64,000 nt of DNA from Armatimonadota bacterium (GCA_023511535.1 JAIMBK010000010.1:633-64632), one strand, 5' to 3'; positions 26,470-38,396 are shown, counted from the stretch's first letter. Numbers and translations: made by a program. Notes: generated by a model not told the origin, from the sequence alone.

Positions 26470-27482
26470 TAGAAGTACATTAAGTGAAAAATCATCCCGG
26501 ATAACCGCCTCTGGAATCTGCTGCCACTTTAATTATAGCATGGCAGTCCTTGTTTTTCCAGCAGGACTTTAAAGCCGATTCGGATGGCACTGGTGCGGAA
26601 TATTTGCAGCTTTCCTTTACTTTTTACATTCAAATTCTCTTAATAGAGCATTTTCCCGGAGCTTTTCCAGGTCTGCCCGCTATTAGGGCCGGGCATATAT
26701 CAGCAAATGGAATCTTTCTTATGCAAATTATTCTTCCCGGCCTTCCGCCGCTTTGCGAACACGTATTCGCACATCCTTTTGTAAAAGGTCTGTATGCGAT
26801 CCACGAGGCTTCCCAGGTGAGGAAGACCATGCTCAGTAAATTCCGAGAGCTGGCAATGTTGGGCCAGTTTGGCGACTTCCTCCAGCAGTTCACGGAGAAA
26901 GTTGGCGGCGCAAGGGCGTCCGTTACGAAGGACCAGACCTGTCTCCACGGCCCTCCGACCGAATTGTGAGCTCAAAATATTATCAACACTTTGCACCGGC
27001 GATGGAACCTCCCCAGTACATCGCAACTTAATTAAGTATCCATTATTACGCTGCCTTGACAAGCTCTACTGGTAACATCACTTTTGAAACGACTTTTTAC
27101 AGAAACTGTAGCAATAGAGGGGCAGTAGAGCGGAATGTATTTGCCGTTCGCGATAAATGAAAAGGGAGTTCACCTGTTACATTAAAATTTCCCAAGCCAA
27201 ATAAACCCCCTCCCGGTTAAGTTTTAACAGACGATGGCACAATTTCCATCGGCTGTATTAATTTCGTGCCTTACCGTTTTTTAACTTTATATACGTTTTT
27301 CTACAAATGTTCTGGCTTTCCTTCCATCTTTCGCCAGTGGAGCTAAAGATTTTTTAGGAAACTTATTCGAAAACCTAAAAAATTGCTTCCAAAAAGTTGG
27401 AGGCCAAAGAAAATTACTCGAAAAAATTTCCAAAAAGTATTCTATATAGACTGTTCGATAACATATAATCCGCCGCAGTTAC

Positions 27483-27665
27483 TTAAAAAGACCCGATCCT
27501 CGCCAGTTCGCGGGCCGCCTCCTCTTCGCTGGCAAACTCTCCGAGGACAAAGAGATCCCCGCCATCAACTACGCCCACCAGCGTTACCTGGCCTTCCTCG
27601 AGAACGTCCACGTAAATCGCCTGGGCTTTGATGACAACCTTTTTATCCCTGCTCCAAATCCACAT
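27483..27665 (-). CDS. Small hypothetical protein (~60 aa)
   Basis: ATG 27665 is preceded by AAAGGGG at a 7-nt spacing. It has a plausible beta-rich N-half and an acidic C-half (EFASEEEAARELARIGSF). No family was recognised. Confidence 0.35.
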   Translation of the reverse strand: MWIWSRDKKVVIKAQAIYVDVLEEGQVTLVGVVDGGDLFVLGEFASEEEAARELARIGSF

Positions 27666-27692
27666 AAGCAAACCCCTTTCTAAAAAATTAAG

Positions 27693-27731
27693 AGCCTGCT
27701 GGCCTTCACTTTACCGCTGGACCAGCAGGCT
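27693..27731 (-). terminator. Perfect 10-bp hairpin followed by a T-run on the minus strand
   Basis: AGCCTGCTGG (27693-27702) pairs with CCAGCAGGCT (27722-27731) across a 19-nt loop. On the minus strand it is followed by CTTAATTTTTT, just upstream of the small ORF's SD. Confidence 0.35.
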
Positions 27732-28102
27732 TGCACGGCAAAACTCTTTTCAATTACCCAAAGCTTCCTAAACGAACACTGATAATATCAGCAGTACCTC
27801 TTACCTGGTAATACCGGAGATGGCATAGGTTACGGGGCGAGACGCCCGGTAAGCACGGTTTTTCCGGCGGTCAACCAGGTCGGAAGGAAAAATAATAAAC
27901 CGCCCTTTTTTGTGCCGGCTTTTTTCCGGGAACTAAAGGCGGTCTGTTTTTGGGTCCTTTAGTTCAATGGACATGGTAATCCACCTTCCTTTCAAAATAT
28001 TCCCAACCCTGCCGGCCAACCCGTCACAAAGTAAGGCACCGACAGAATTTTCCTAATCATTGCAACCAGGAACTTTCAAGAAATATTAGAGGGGCAAGCC
28101 CC

Positions 28103-28559
28103 CTATCTATCACCTCTTTTCTGATTAACTGCTTTCTTAACCTGCCTATCATGTCTGACCCGGCCTACCCGCCCTGTTCTCTGGCTTGGTTTAGCTTCCT
28201 TTACCCTATCCATTCTAGTCCGGTTGAGCAATATAGCTGCCACCGGCGAAGCCATGCCATGAACCCGGCGTAAATCTTCTTTATTTAAGGCCCGCAGGTA
28301 GCGTTCGGTCATCTTTAAATTGGCGTGGTCCAACTCCCGCTGTAGGTTAAAGACATCGCCACCGTTGCGTAAAAACATATAGGGCCGCAGTATGCCTGAG
28401 CATGTAAGGCGTGACTTGAATTATTGTCTTGTAGTCCTTTAAGGTGCGAGGGGCTGCGTTTGACTGCTTAAAAAGCATGAACCGGTTAAAGACTTCCATG
28501 CTGCTCTTGGGCGGCTGCGTCGTTGATCCTGCCCTGCTCTTTTTAATTTTAGAAAACAT
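28103..28559 (-). pseudogene. Tyrosine recombinase (phage-type integrase) remnant with an internal deletion plus a frameshift
   Basis: An N-terminal SAM-like piece FNRFMLFKQSNAAPRTLKDYKTII joins directly to catalytic box II TPYMLRHTAALY. A frame change follows into MFLRNGGDVFNLQRELDHANLKMTERY (the catalytic Tyr region). About 200 aa of the core are missing. It lies adjacent to the 3' end of tRNA-Cys. Confidence 0.75.
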
Positions 28560-28692
28560 AAGCGGACATACCTCCTAAAAAATTTTTTTAGGGGTAGTCC
28601 GCTGGACTAAAAAAGGGCTTTTCTGGGACTACGGTCTACCGTTTCCTGGCAAAATTCGTGCCAAAACTCTTGAAGCCTTGATATTCCTTAGT

Positions 28693-28768
28693 TGGAGGCG
28701 GCAGGGAGATTCGAACTCCCGCATAACGGTTTTGCAGACCGTCCCCTTAGCCACTTGGGTATGCCGCC
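28693..28768 (-). tRNA. tRNA-Cys (GCA)
   Basis: Reverse complement: GGCGGCA...ACGGT CTGCAAA ACCGT...GGGAG TTCGAAT CTCCC TGCCGCC T CCA. The cloverleaf was folded by hand, the anticodon loop is CTGCAAA, and CCA is encoded. Confidence 0.9.
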
Positions 28769-28941
28769 GCTGTAAAAAGATTATACCTCATCTTGCCGGT
28801 TTTCGCAAGGGGCTTTTACAATGGATGCTTTTAACTTTTTAAACGAAAAGGGTAAAAAACGTAGACAAGGATATTTGTGAAAATTTTGACTTTAGTTTTT
28901 GCACGTTCAGGCGTAAAATATTTCAATTTGGGGCGAATCTC

Positions 28942-28969
28942 TTGGCATCAAAGAGCAGGCCATTATAAT
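28942..28969 (+). promoter_or_regulatory. Candidate sigma-A promoter of the CBS gene
   Basis: TTGGCA (28942-28947), a 16-nt spacer and TATAAT (28964-28969), ~45 nt upstream of ATG 29015. Confidence 0.4.
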
Positions 28970-29014
28970 AAAGAATCAACAAGGCAAATCAAATCGTATT
29001 GGGAGGTGTTTAAA

Positions 29015-29515
29015 ATGCCGGAGCGTTTGGCCAAAGATGTGATGGTTCCAATTACCGAATATGCAACCGTAAGAGAAGAGGACAGCTTAAAACATGCTCT
29101 TTTCACCCTGAGGGATTCCCTGGCTTCCGGTCACCGCACCCTGGCGGTGCTGGATAAAAACGGGAACCTGGCCGGCTTTCTTACCACCCGGACGATTTTA
29201 AAGGCCCTGGAAACTTTGGCTTTTAAAGACAACTCCCTGGCCGGCACCGGGTGGAAGATTCCCCTGGTGGAATCCTGGGCGCGTTTTTTCTTAAAAAGCA
29301 AACTGGAGCAGGCAAACGAGGTAAAGGCAAAGGATGTAATGCGGCCGGTACACAAGATATTCGTCAGAGAGGATACTTCATTACCGGAAGTGACCAGAAC
29401 CATTTTACAAAACCGGGTCAACCATATCCCGGTTTTGAACGGGGAACAAAAAGTGGTGGGGATCATCAGGGCGGTGGATATTTTAGACATCATAGGTAAT
29501 CTGTTGGATTCCTGA
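29015..29515 (+). CDS. CBS-domain pair protein
   Basis: Two CBS-like repeats ([20 protein letters not shown]... and [19 protein letters not shown]...VNHIPVLN). The start is set at ATG 29015 after the SD TGGGAGGTG. The longer ORF from 28877 lacks support. Confidence 0.8.
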   Translation: MPERLAKDVMVPITEYATVREEDSLKHALFTLRDSLASGHRTLAVLDKNGNLAGFLTTRTILKALETLAFKDNSLAGTGWKIPLVESWARFFLKSKLEQANEVKAKDVMRPVHKIFVREDTSLPEVTRTILQNRVNHIPVLNGEQKVVGIIRAVDILDIIGNLLDS

Positions 29516-29526
29516 CGGCAAAAAAA

Positions 29527-29601
29527 TGGAGCGGAAGACGGGATTCGAACCCGCGGCCCTCGCCTTGGCAAGGCGATGCTCTACCACTGAGCTACTTCCG
29601 C
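29527..29601 (-). tRNA. tRNA-Gly (GCC)
   Basis: Reverse complement: GCGGAAG TAGCTCAGTGGTAGAGCA TCGCC TTGCCAA GGCGA ... GCGGG TTCGAAT CCCGT CTTCCGC T CCA. Confidence 0.9.
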
Positions 29602-29665
29602 ATGCCTGTTATATCATATTATAAGATTTTGCCGCGATTGTCAAGCTCTTTCCAATTGAAGGGTG

Positions 29666-29741
<76 letters not shown>

Positions 29742-30016
29742 ATGTAGATCAAGGCTTTTTGGATATCACCCGCTGAAAAATACCTTTCCGGACTATCGGA
29801 TCGCTCTTCCTCCCTCTTTTATAATAATAGTCCGCTGTTGCTTTTTTGTCAAGATCTCTGACATAAGAACTTTAATGCATCTCAAATCTTACATCCTCTA
29901 AACTATCAATGCCGGGAGTTGCTGTAATCTGAATCATACACGCAAAACAAAAGTATAAAGAGGGGTTGACCCCCTTTTTTTCACCTTACGAATAGAGCTT
30001 TTACAATAGTCAAGTC

Positions 30017-30376
30017 TTACCTTTTGTCAAGTACGTTCCTCGCAAGCTGCAAGAACTCTCTCAGTGCTTCCTCAAAATTTGTGCTAAAGTCACTTTCAAT
30101 GATGTTTTGATCATCTCCATTGTGAAAATGTCCGGGATATCCCTTCAGACATTTTAACTCCTCGTGGGGGCGGTTATCATAGCGGTAGATTTTTCCATCA
30201 ATGGCCCTTCTTTCCCAATGAAAAGCAAATCGCTTTCGTAGCCTTTTGGAAAACCAGATATCTATGTAACTACCATCAACAATATACAAACGAAGCTTAC
30301 CCGAGAAAATCCTGGTATGAAGAACCACGTCAGGGAACTCTTCCTCAGCAATCCCGGCTAACTCTTCGTAATTCAT
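30017..30376 (-). CDS. TumE-family (DUF6516-like) putative toxin
   Basis: The pattern FAFHWERRAIDGKIYRYDNRPHEELKCLKGYPGHFHNGDD matches the conserved ...HW....G...R.DN.PHH....FPHH.H core as I recall it for this family. Its start shares a nucleotide with the stop of the upstream small gene. Confidence 0.6.
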   Translation of the reverse strand: MNYEELAGIAEEEFPDVVLHTRIFSGKLRLYIVDGSYIDIWFSKRLRKRFAFHWERRAIDGKIYRYDNRPHEELKCLKGYPGHFHNGDDQNIIESDFSTNFEEALREFLQLARNVLDKR

Positions 30377-30678
30377 TACTTAAGTGACCTCATAAGCTTC
30401 TTTAATTTATCTTCTTCGCTTTCTAAATAGTCCAGCCTTGTAAAGTCTTCAAAAGTATCGCTTTCGGTTAGTTCCCCACGACTGATTTTTTGATCGAGCT
30501 CTTTTAAAGAAAATACTTTATATTTAGCATAAATCGAGATAATTTCCGCCCTGATTTCTCGCCGTTTTTCTCTAAGATAAGCTTTTAATCCTTCTTCGGT
30601 AAGCTCCTCTTTACTTAATCGAAGAATTTTTGCAGTTTTCTCCAGCGGTACACTCATCTCAGGATCACCACACTTCAT
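30376..30678 (-). CDS. Small coiled-coil protein, putative partner or antitoxin of the TumE-like gene
   Basis: 100-aa charged helical ORF translationally coupled to the downstream gene. No family was recognised. Confidence 0.45.
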   Translation of the reverse strand: MKCGDPEMSVPLEKTAKILRLSKEELTEEGLKAYLREKRREIRAEIISIYAKYKVFSLKELDQKISRGELTESDTFEDFTRLDYLESEEDKLKKLMRSLK

Positions 30679-30698
30679 CGTGCCCTATAAAAAATTAA

Positions 30699-30775
30699 TG
30701 GCGGAGCTGACGGGACTTGAACCCGCGATCTCCGGCTTGACAGGCCGGTATGTTAACCGACTACACCACAGCTCC
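30699..30775 (-). tRNA. tRNA-Asp (GTC)
   Basis: Reverse complement: GGAGCTG TG GTGT AGTCGGTTA ACAT A CCGGC CTGTCAA GCCGG AGATC GCGGG TTCAAGT CCCGT CAGCTCC G CCA. Confidence 0.9.
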
Positions 30776-30853
30776 GCGGCAATACATAGTATACAAAAGT
30801 TCCGCCGGAAAGTCAACCCGGCGGACGGAAGAATTTTAAATGTGCCTTAATTA

Positions 30854-33526
<2,673 letters not shown>

Positions 33527-34366
33527 GCCTTTCCCCCCTGTAATAGATTTCCAGCACCCTGCTGGCCGTTTCTTCCACTGCTTTGTTGGTCACGTCAATG
33601 ACCGGACATTTTAATTTTTGCATTATGGCCAGCGCATATTCCAGTTCCTTTAAAATTCTTTCCATGCTGGCGTAGTCCGCACTGGCCGTCAAACCCAGGG
33701 TTTTCAGCCGCTCGCGGCGGATCTGGTGCAGCTGCTGGGGCTGAATGGTCAGGCCGATGACCCGGTGCAGGGGCAGTTTAAAGATTTCTTCCGGCGGCGT
33801 TACCTCCGGAACCAGGGGAACGTTGGCCGCCTTGATCCGCTTGTGCGCCAGGTACATGCACAGCGGCGTCTTGGAAGTCCTGCTCACCCCGATGATCACC
33901 AGGTCGGCCCGCAAGATGCCCCGGGGATCTTTTCCGTCGTCGTATTTAACGGCAAATTCAATGGCTTCCACCTTCCGGAAGTATTCCTCGTCCACTTTCC
34001 GCACCAGCCCCGGCTCCAGCCTGGGCGGCCGCCCCTCGATTTTGCTCAGCGCTTCCAGCATGGGGGTCATGATGTCCACGGTGGGAATGCCGTACTTGCC
34101 TGCCTCGCGTTCCAGCACTTCTTTTAAGCCGGGCAGAACCAGCGTGTAGACGATAACGGAGGGAAAAATGCTGGCCTCCGCCACAATTTCCGGGATCTCT
34201 TCGGGGCTGTTCACGTAGGGAACCTTGTGGATGTCGACCTGCCCGGAATTAAACTGGCTGGCGGCGGCCAGGGCGACCAGTTCCGCCGTTTCGCCGACGG
34301 AGTCGGAAATGATGTAAATGACCGGTCTGGCCTTTAACTCAGCGATGGCGACCTCCCCCTTTTTTC

Positions 34367-34413
34367 GGGCTGGAATTGTCCGGCTCGCTGCTCGCCCGGA
34401 CAAATTCCAGCCC
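34367..34413 (-). promoter_or_regulatory. Long near-perfect hairpin between ccpN and the PDRP gene
   Basis: GGGCTGGAATTGTCCGG (34367-34383) pairs with CCGGACAAATTCCAGCCC (34396-34413) with one bulged A. On the minus strand it sits immediately 5' of the strong SD AAAAAGGGGGAGG. Confidence 0.45.
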
Positions 34414-34477
34414 TCTATTTAGCAATTCTTTTGTCCACTTTATGCCTCTTTTGCCTGTATACTTTGTCCCTTGTCCT

Positions 34478-35116
34478 TTATCTTTCTTCCCCCAACTCTA
34501 CAAACAACTTTACAATGTTGGTTTTGGATAGGCGGCCGATTACCTCCAGGCCCTTTTCCCCGTTCTTGCCGGTTGCCGGGCGGACGACCGGGACGGCGTC
34601 GATCTCGTGGGCCACCAGCTTTTTGGCCGCCGTCCAGACGGAGTCTTCCGGCTCGACCGTGATAATGTTGGGCATGCGGGTCATGATCACGTTTACCGGC
34701 AGTTTATGGATGTCGTGGGCGCCAAGGGTGCTTTTGAGCAAATCCTTCCGGGAGATCACTCCCTCCAGCAGCCCTCCTTCGTTGACCACGCAGAGCGTCC
34801 CCACGTCTTCGAGAAACATGGTGACCGCTGCGTCGTAGACGGAGCATTTTTCGGCCACCACCACCGGCACCGACTTTACGTCCGCCACCTTCGTCTGGTG
34901 CAGCCTTTCGGCGATGACCCGGCTTAAGCTTTTGCCGCTGTAGTAATAGCCGACCCGCGGCCGGGCTTCGATCAGGCCCGTCATGGTCAGGATGGCCATA
35001 TCCGGGCGCAAGGTGGCCCTGGTCAGGGAGAGGCGTTCGGCAATTTGCTCCCCCGTAATGGGCCCCTCTTTTTTGACAATTTCCAGGATGGCTTCCTGCC
35101 GCCTGGTCAGCTCCAA
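34478..35116 (-). CDS. ccpN: Transcriptional repressor CcpN (HTH + tandem CBS domains)
   Basis: RRQEAILEIVKKEGPITGEQIAERLSLTRATLRPDMAILTMTGLIEARPRVGYYYSGK closely parallels Bacillus subtilis CcpN. As in Bacillus, a yqfL-type PDRP gene follows. Confidence 0.8.
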   Translation of the reverse strand: MELTRRQEAILEIVKKEGPITGEQIAERLSLTRATLRPDMAILTMTGLIEARPRVGYYYSGKSLSRVIAERLHQTKVADVKSVPVVVAEKCSVYDAAVTMFLEDVGTLCVVNEGGLLEGVISRKDLLKSTLGAHDIHKLPVNVIMTRMPNIITVEPEDSVWTAAKKLVAHEIDAVPVVRPATGKNGEKGLEVIGRLSKTNIVKLFVELGEER

Positions 35117-35226
35117 AAATCATCGCTCCCAGAAGAATTATGATATCCTGGTTGCTCCTGCCGACTTAAATATTACATATTATATAGAGCCGGCAGTTAC
35201 CAGTCAATTCCCTTTCCGGAAAGTAA

Positions 35227-37263
35227 TCAGCTTAATTTGCTTAAATCTGCCACCGTAGAAACTAAATCCACCACATTTTTTAAAACTCCCAGCCGGTTGT
35301 TGCGCAGCCGCTCGTCTTCCACCATCACCATGACGCCGTCAAAAAAGTTATCGACGGGGGCGGCCAGCGCCGTCATTTCCGCCAGGGCCCCCCGGTAGTC
35401 CCGCCTTTCCAGGCATTTTTGCACCCTGGCCCGGACTTTTTGCAGCTCTTGATAAAGGCTTTCTTCCGCCGGATGGAGAAAAAGGGAAACGTCCACGTCC
35501 CGGCGGCGGTGCTTCCGGGAAAGGTTGTTGGCGCGGGCAAAGGCGGTCAGGAGGCGTTCAAAAGCCTCCGGAGAATTGCTCCGGAAATCGGCCAGCGCCC
35601 GGGCGCGCTCCCGGACTCCGGAAAGATCGTCCACCCCGGCCGCCAGGGCGGCCTCGCCGGCGTCGAAAGGCAATCCCTGCTCGCTGAAAAGGCCGCGCAG
35701 GCGCTGGGCGAAAAATTCTTCCAGGTCGGAACGCACCTTTTCTTCTGGCAGTTCCAGGGCCGCCGCGCCCCGGTAGTTGGCGTAGGCCTGGGCGATTAAT
35801 TCCCGCAGGGAAAGGACGAGCCCCCGCTCCAAAATGATGCTGATCACGCCCAGGGCCAGGCGCCGCAGGGCGTACGGGTCCTGGGAGCCGGTAGGCTGGA
35901 TGCCGAGAGCAAAGCAGCCCGTCAGGGTATCGATTTTATCGGCAAGGCTTAAGATCGTGCCGGGAACCGTTTCCGGCAACCGGTCCCCCGCAAAGCGGGG
36001 CAGGTAATGCTCGAAAATGGCCTGCGCCACGGCCGGTTCCTCCCCCTGGCGCAGGGCGTACTCCCGGCCCATGATCCCCTGGAGTTCCGGAAATTCGTAG
36101 ACCATGCTGGTGGTTAAATCCGCCTTGGCCAGGCGCGCCGCCCGCAAGGCGGCTTCTTCTTCCTCCCCGGTCACTTCCAGCGCCCGGGCCAAAAAAGAGG
36201 CCAGGGAAACGATCCGCTCCACCTTATCGGAAAGGGTCCCCAGGTTTTCCTGCCAGACAATCTTTTTTAACGCGTCCGCCCGCTGCACCAGGGGGGTTTT
36301 TAAATCCTCCTCCCAGAAAAAGGCGGCGTCGGCCAGGCGGGCGCGCAGGACCCGCTCGAAACCGCGGCGGATGACCGCGCTGTCCGTGGTATTGGAAACG
36401 GCGATGAAGCGGGGCAGCAGCCGGCCGTTGGGCTCAAAAACGGGAAAATATCGCTGGTGTTCCCGCATGGAAGTGATCAATACCTCCGGCGGCAGCTTTA
36501 AAAAGTCTTCGTCGAAACTGCCGGTCACGGCCGTGGGGTACTCGACCAGATTGACGACCTCTTCCAGCAGTTCCTCGTCCTCCTGGACCCGTCCGCCGGC
36601 GCGGGCGGCCAGGGCGGCGACCTGCTCCCGGATAGCCGCCCGGCGCGCGGCCGGATCCACGAGGACGAAATTGTCGCGCAGCTTTTCAAAATAATCCTCT
36701 GGATTGTTCACCGCCAGGCAGGCACCGCTTAAAAACCGGTGCCCGGACGTCCGGCGGCCGGCGGTGACGCCGGCGACGGTGACGGGAATGACCTGATCGC
36801 CGTAGAGGGCCAGCAGCCAGCGGATGGGCCGGGCAAAGCGCAGCTCCCCGTCGCCCCAGCGCATGAACCGGGGAAAGTGCAAATCCGTGATGAAGGCGGG
36901 GGAAATCTCGGCCAGCACTTCCGGGGCGGCCCTCCCCTCCTCCCGGACCACCGCAAAAACGTACTCGACGGGCCCCACCGGTTTGACCACCAGTTCTTCT
37001 ACGGCCACCCCCTGGCTCCGGGCAAACCCCAGGGCCGCCCGCGTCGGTCTTTTTTCTTCGTCGAAGGCCACTTTCGCCGCCGGACCCTTCACCTCTTTCA
37101 CGGCGGGACGCTGGACGGCGGCCAGCCCCCGGACAAACAAAATCAGCCGCCGCGGGGTGCCGTAGGTGAGGATTTCCGCATAGTCCAGGCGGTGCTCGCT
37201 CAGTTTTTGGGCGGCCAATTCTTTTAACTGCTCCAGAGCGGGGGTCAGAAAGCGGGCCGGCAT
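35227..37263 (-). CDS. glyS: Glycine--tRNA ligase beta subunit
   Basis: 678 aa, downstream of glyQ, with typical GlyS blocks (RFMRWGD, GIMGREYA, LADKIDTL). Confidence 0.93.
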   Translation of the reverse strand: MPARFLTPALEQLKELAAQKLSEHRLDYAEILTYGTPRRLILFVRGLAAVQRPAVKEVKGPAAKVAFDEEKRPTRAALGFARSQGVAVEELVVKPVGPVEYVFAVVREEGRAAPEVLAEISPAFITDLHFPRFMRWGDGELRFARPIRWLLALYGDQVIPVTVAGVTAGRRTSGHRFLSGACLAVNNPEDYFEKLRDNFVLVDPAARRAAIREQVAALAARAGGRVQEDEELLEEVVNLVEYPTAVTGSFDEDFLKLPPEVLITSMREHQRYFPVFEPNGRLLPRFIAVSNTTDSAVIRRGFERVLRARLADAAFFWEEDLKTPLVQRADALKKIVWQENLGTLSDKVERIVSLASFLARALEVTGEEEEAALRAARLAKADLTTSMVYEFPELQGIMGREYALRQGEEPAVAQAIFEHYLPRFAGDRLPETVPGTILSLADKIDTLTGCFALGIQPTGSQDPYALRRLALGVISIILERGLVLSLRELIAQAYANYRGAAALELPEEKVRSDLEEFFAQRLRGLFSEQGLPFDAGEAALAAGVDDLSGVRERARALADFRSNSPEAFERLLTAFARANNLSRKHRRRDVDVSLFLHPAEESLYQELQKVRARVQKCLERRDYRGALAEMTALAAPVDNFFDGVMVMVEDERLRNNRLGVLKNVVDLVSTVADLSKLS

Positions 37264-37308
37264 TTCCTCAACGCCAATTTCAAATAAAAAGTCCCTGGTC
37301 AGCCGGGA

Positions 37309-38196
37309 TCAACTCCTTTTTAAAAGATTGTCTTTAAGCAGGGGGTACCCCATTTTTTCCCGTTGCTCCAGGTAGGCCACGGCGCAGGCGCGGGCCAGGC
37401 TGCGCACCCGGTGGATAAAGGCGGTGCGCTCCGTGACGCTGATGGCGCCGCGCGCATCCAGCAAGTTAAAGGTGTGCGAACATTTTAAAACGTAGTCGTA
37501 GGCCGGCAGGACGAGCCCCCGGGCAATAATCCGCCCGGCCTCCTGCTCGAACATTTCGAATAACTTAAACAGGAGCCCGGGATCGGAAACCTCAAAGTTG
37601 TAGCGGGAATGTTCCACTTCCCCCTGGTGGTGGACGTCGCCGTAGGTGACGCCGTCCGCCCACTCGATATTAAAGACATTTTCCTTGCCCTGGATGTACA
37701 TGGCCAGCCTTTCCAGGCCGTAAGTGATCTCCGCCGAAACAGGCCGCAAGTCAAAACCGCCGCACTGCTGAAAGTAAGTGAACTGGGTGATTTCCATGCC
37801 GTCCAGCCAGACTTCCCAGCCCAGCCCCCAGGCCCCCAGGGTGGGCGATTCCCAGTTGTCCTCCACCAGCCGTACGTCGTGCTGCGCCGGGTCGATCCCG
37901 ATGGCCCGCAGGCTTTCCAGGTAAACGTCCACCACGTCGTCGGGCGAAGGCTTTAAAATCACCTGGTACTGGTAATAATGCTGGAGGCGGTTGGGGTTTT
38001 CGCCGTAGCGCCCGTCGGTGGGCCGCCGGGAAGGTTCCACGTAGGCCACACGCCAGGGCTCGGGGCCCAGCACGCGCAGAAAAGTGGCCGGGTTCATGGT
38101 CCCCGCCCCCTTTTCCACGTCGTACGGCTGCTGGATGAGACAACCCTGACCGGCCCAAAAACGGTCCAGGGCCATGATGATTTCCTGAAAGTTCAA
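37309..38196 (-). CDS. glyQ: Glycine--tRNA ligase alpha subunit
   Basis: [40 protein letters not shown] aligns with the bacterial GlyQ N-terminus. The start is set at TTG 38196 (8 nt after AAGGAG) because GTG 38205 overlaps the SD itself. Confidence 0.93.
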   Translation of the reverse strand: MNFQEIIMALDRFWAGQGCLIQQPYDVEKGAGTMNPATFLRVLGPEPWRVAYVEPSRRPTDGRYGENPNRLQHYYQYQVILKPSPDDVVDVYLESLRAIGIDPAQHDVRLVEDNWESPTLGAWGLGWEVWLDGMEITQFTYFQQCGGFDLRPVSAEITYGLERLAMYIQGKENVFNIEWADGVTYGDVHHQGEVEHSRYNFEVSDPGLLFKLFEMFEQEAGRIIARGLVLPAYDYVLKCSHTFNLLDARGAISVTERTAFIHRVRSLARACAVAYLEQREKMGYPLLKDNLLKRS

Positions 38197-38217
38197 TAGG
38201 CCCACTCCTTTAAATAC

Positions 38218-38232
38218 AGGGATTAGGGATTA
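38218..38232. repeat. Heptamer tract GGGATTA x2 (telomere-like) in the glyQ 5' leader
   Basis: The plus strand reads cagGGATTAGGGATTAGa. It is related to the tracts at 48646-48677 and 50731-50761. Confidence 0.7.
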
Positions 38233-38396
38233 GATTGCAACATTCGGAATAATGGCTTGGGGTCTATTTTCGCCGTAACATATAATAAAAATACCAGGAA
38301 AGGATCATTTCTGCAAGCGCTTGAAGGTTTTTAACCAGTTAATTTACAACCGGGCGACGACGCAAAAAGGCGCCGGGAAAAGGAGGTTGGAAAGAG

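Noticed and set aside
26550-27075. 139-aa and 68-aa plus-strand ORFs and an 87-aa minus-strand ORF in the gene-poor segment
   Set aside because: They overlap each other in different frames and have no SD or motif. Only the 120-aa minus-strand frame looks protein-like, and even that appears to be a fragment. It is reported as a finding, not as a gene.
1-28692. A direct repeat of the tRNA-Cys 3' end (attL/attR) delimiting the island inside the window
   Set aside because: I scanned the non-coding stretches (1-546, 985-1097, 12170-12700, 25395-25625, 26470-28102, 28560-28692) by eye for ggcagggagattcgaac-like sequence and found none. Coding regions were not searched exhaustively, so this is unresolved rather than excluded.
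38203-38205. GTG at 38205 as the glyQ start, with analogous cases at GTG 48633 (MBL gene), ATG 55496 (CoA ligase) and ATG 49736 (dehydratase-like gene)
   Set aside because: Each of the first three candidate codons lies inside or directly against the Shine-Dalgarno sequence, which serves a downstream start with proper spacing. ATG 49736 lies within the murI coding end, upstream of the SD that serves ATG 49697. Homology to known N-termini also supports the downstream start for glyQ.
38340-38396. Terminator after the DUF4342-like gene (cccggcgcctttttgcgtcgtcgcccgg)
   Set aside because: The apparent arms are not complementary (only a 4-bp GGCG/CGCC pairing), so a Rho-independent terminator cannot be supported.
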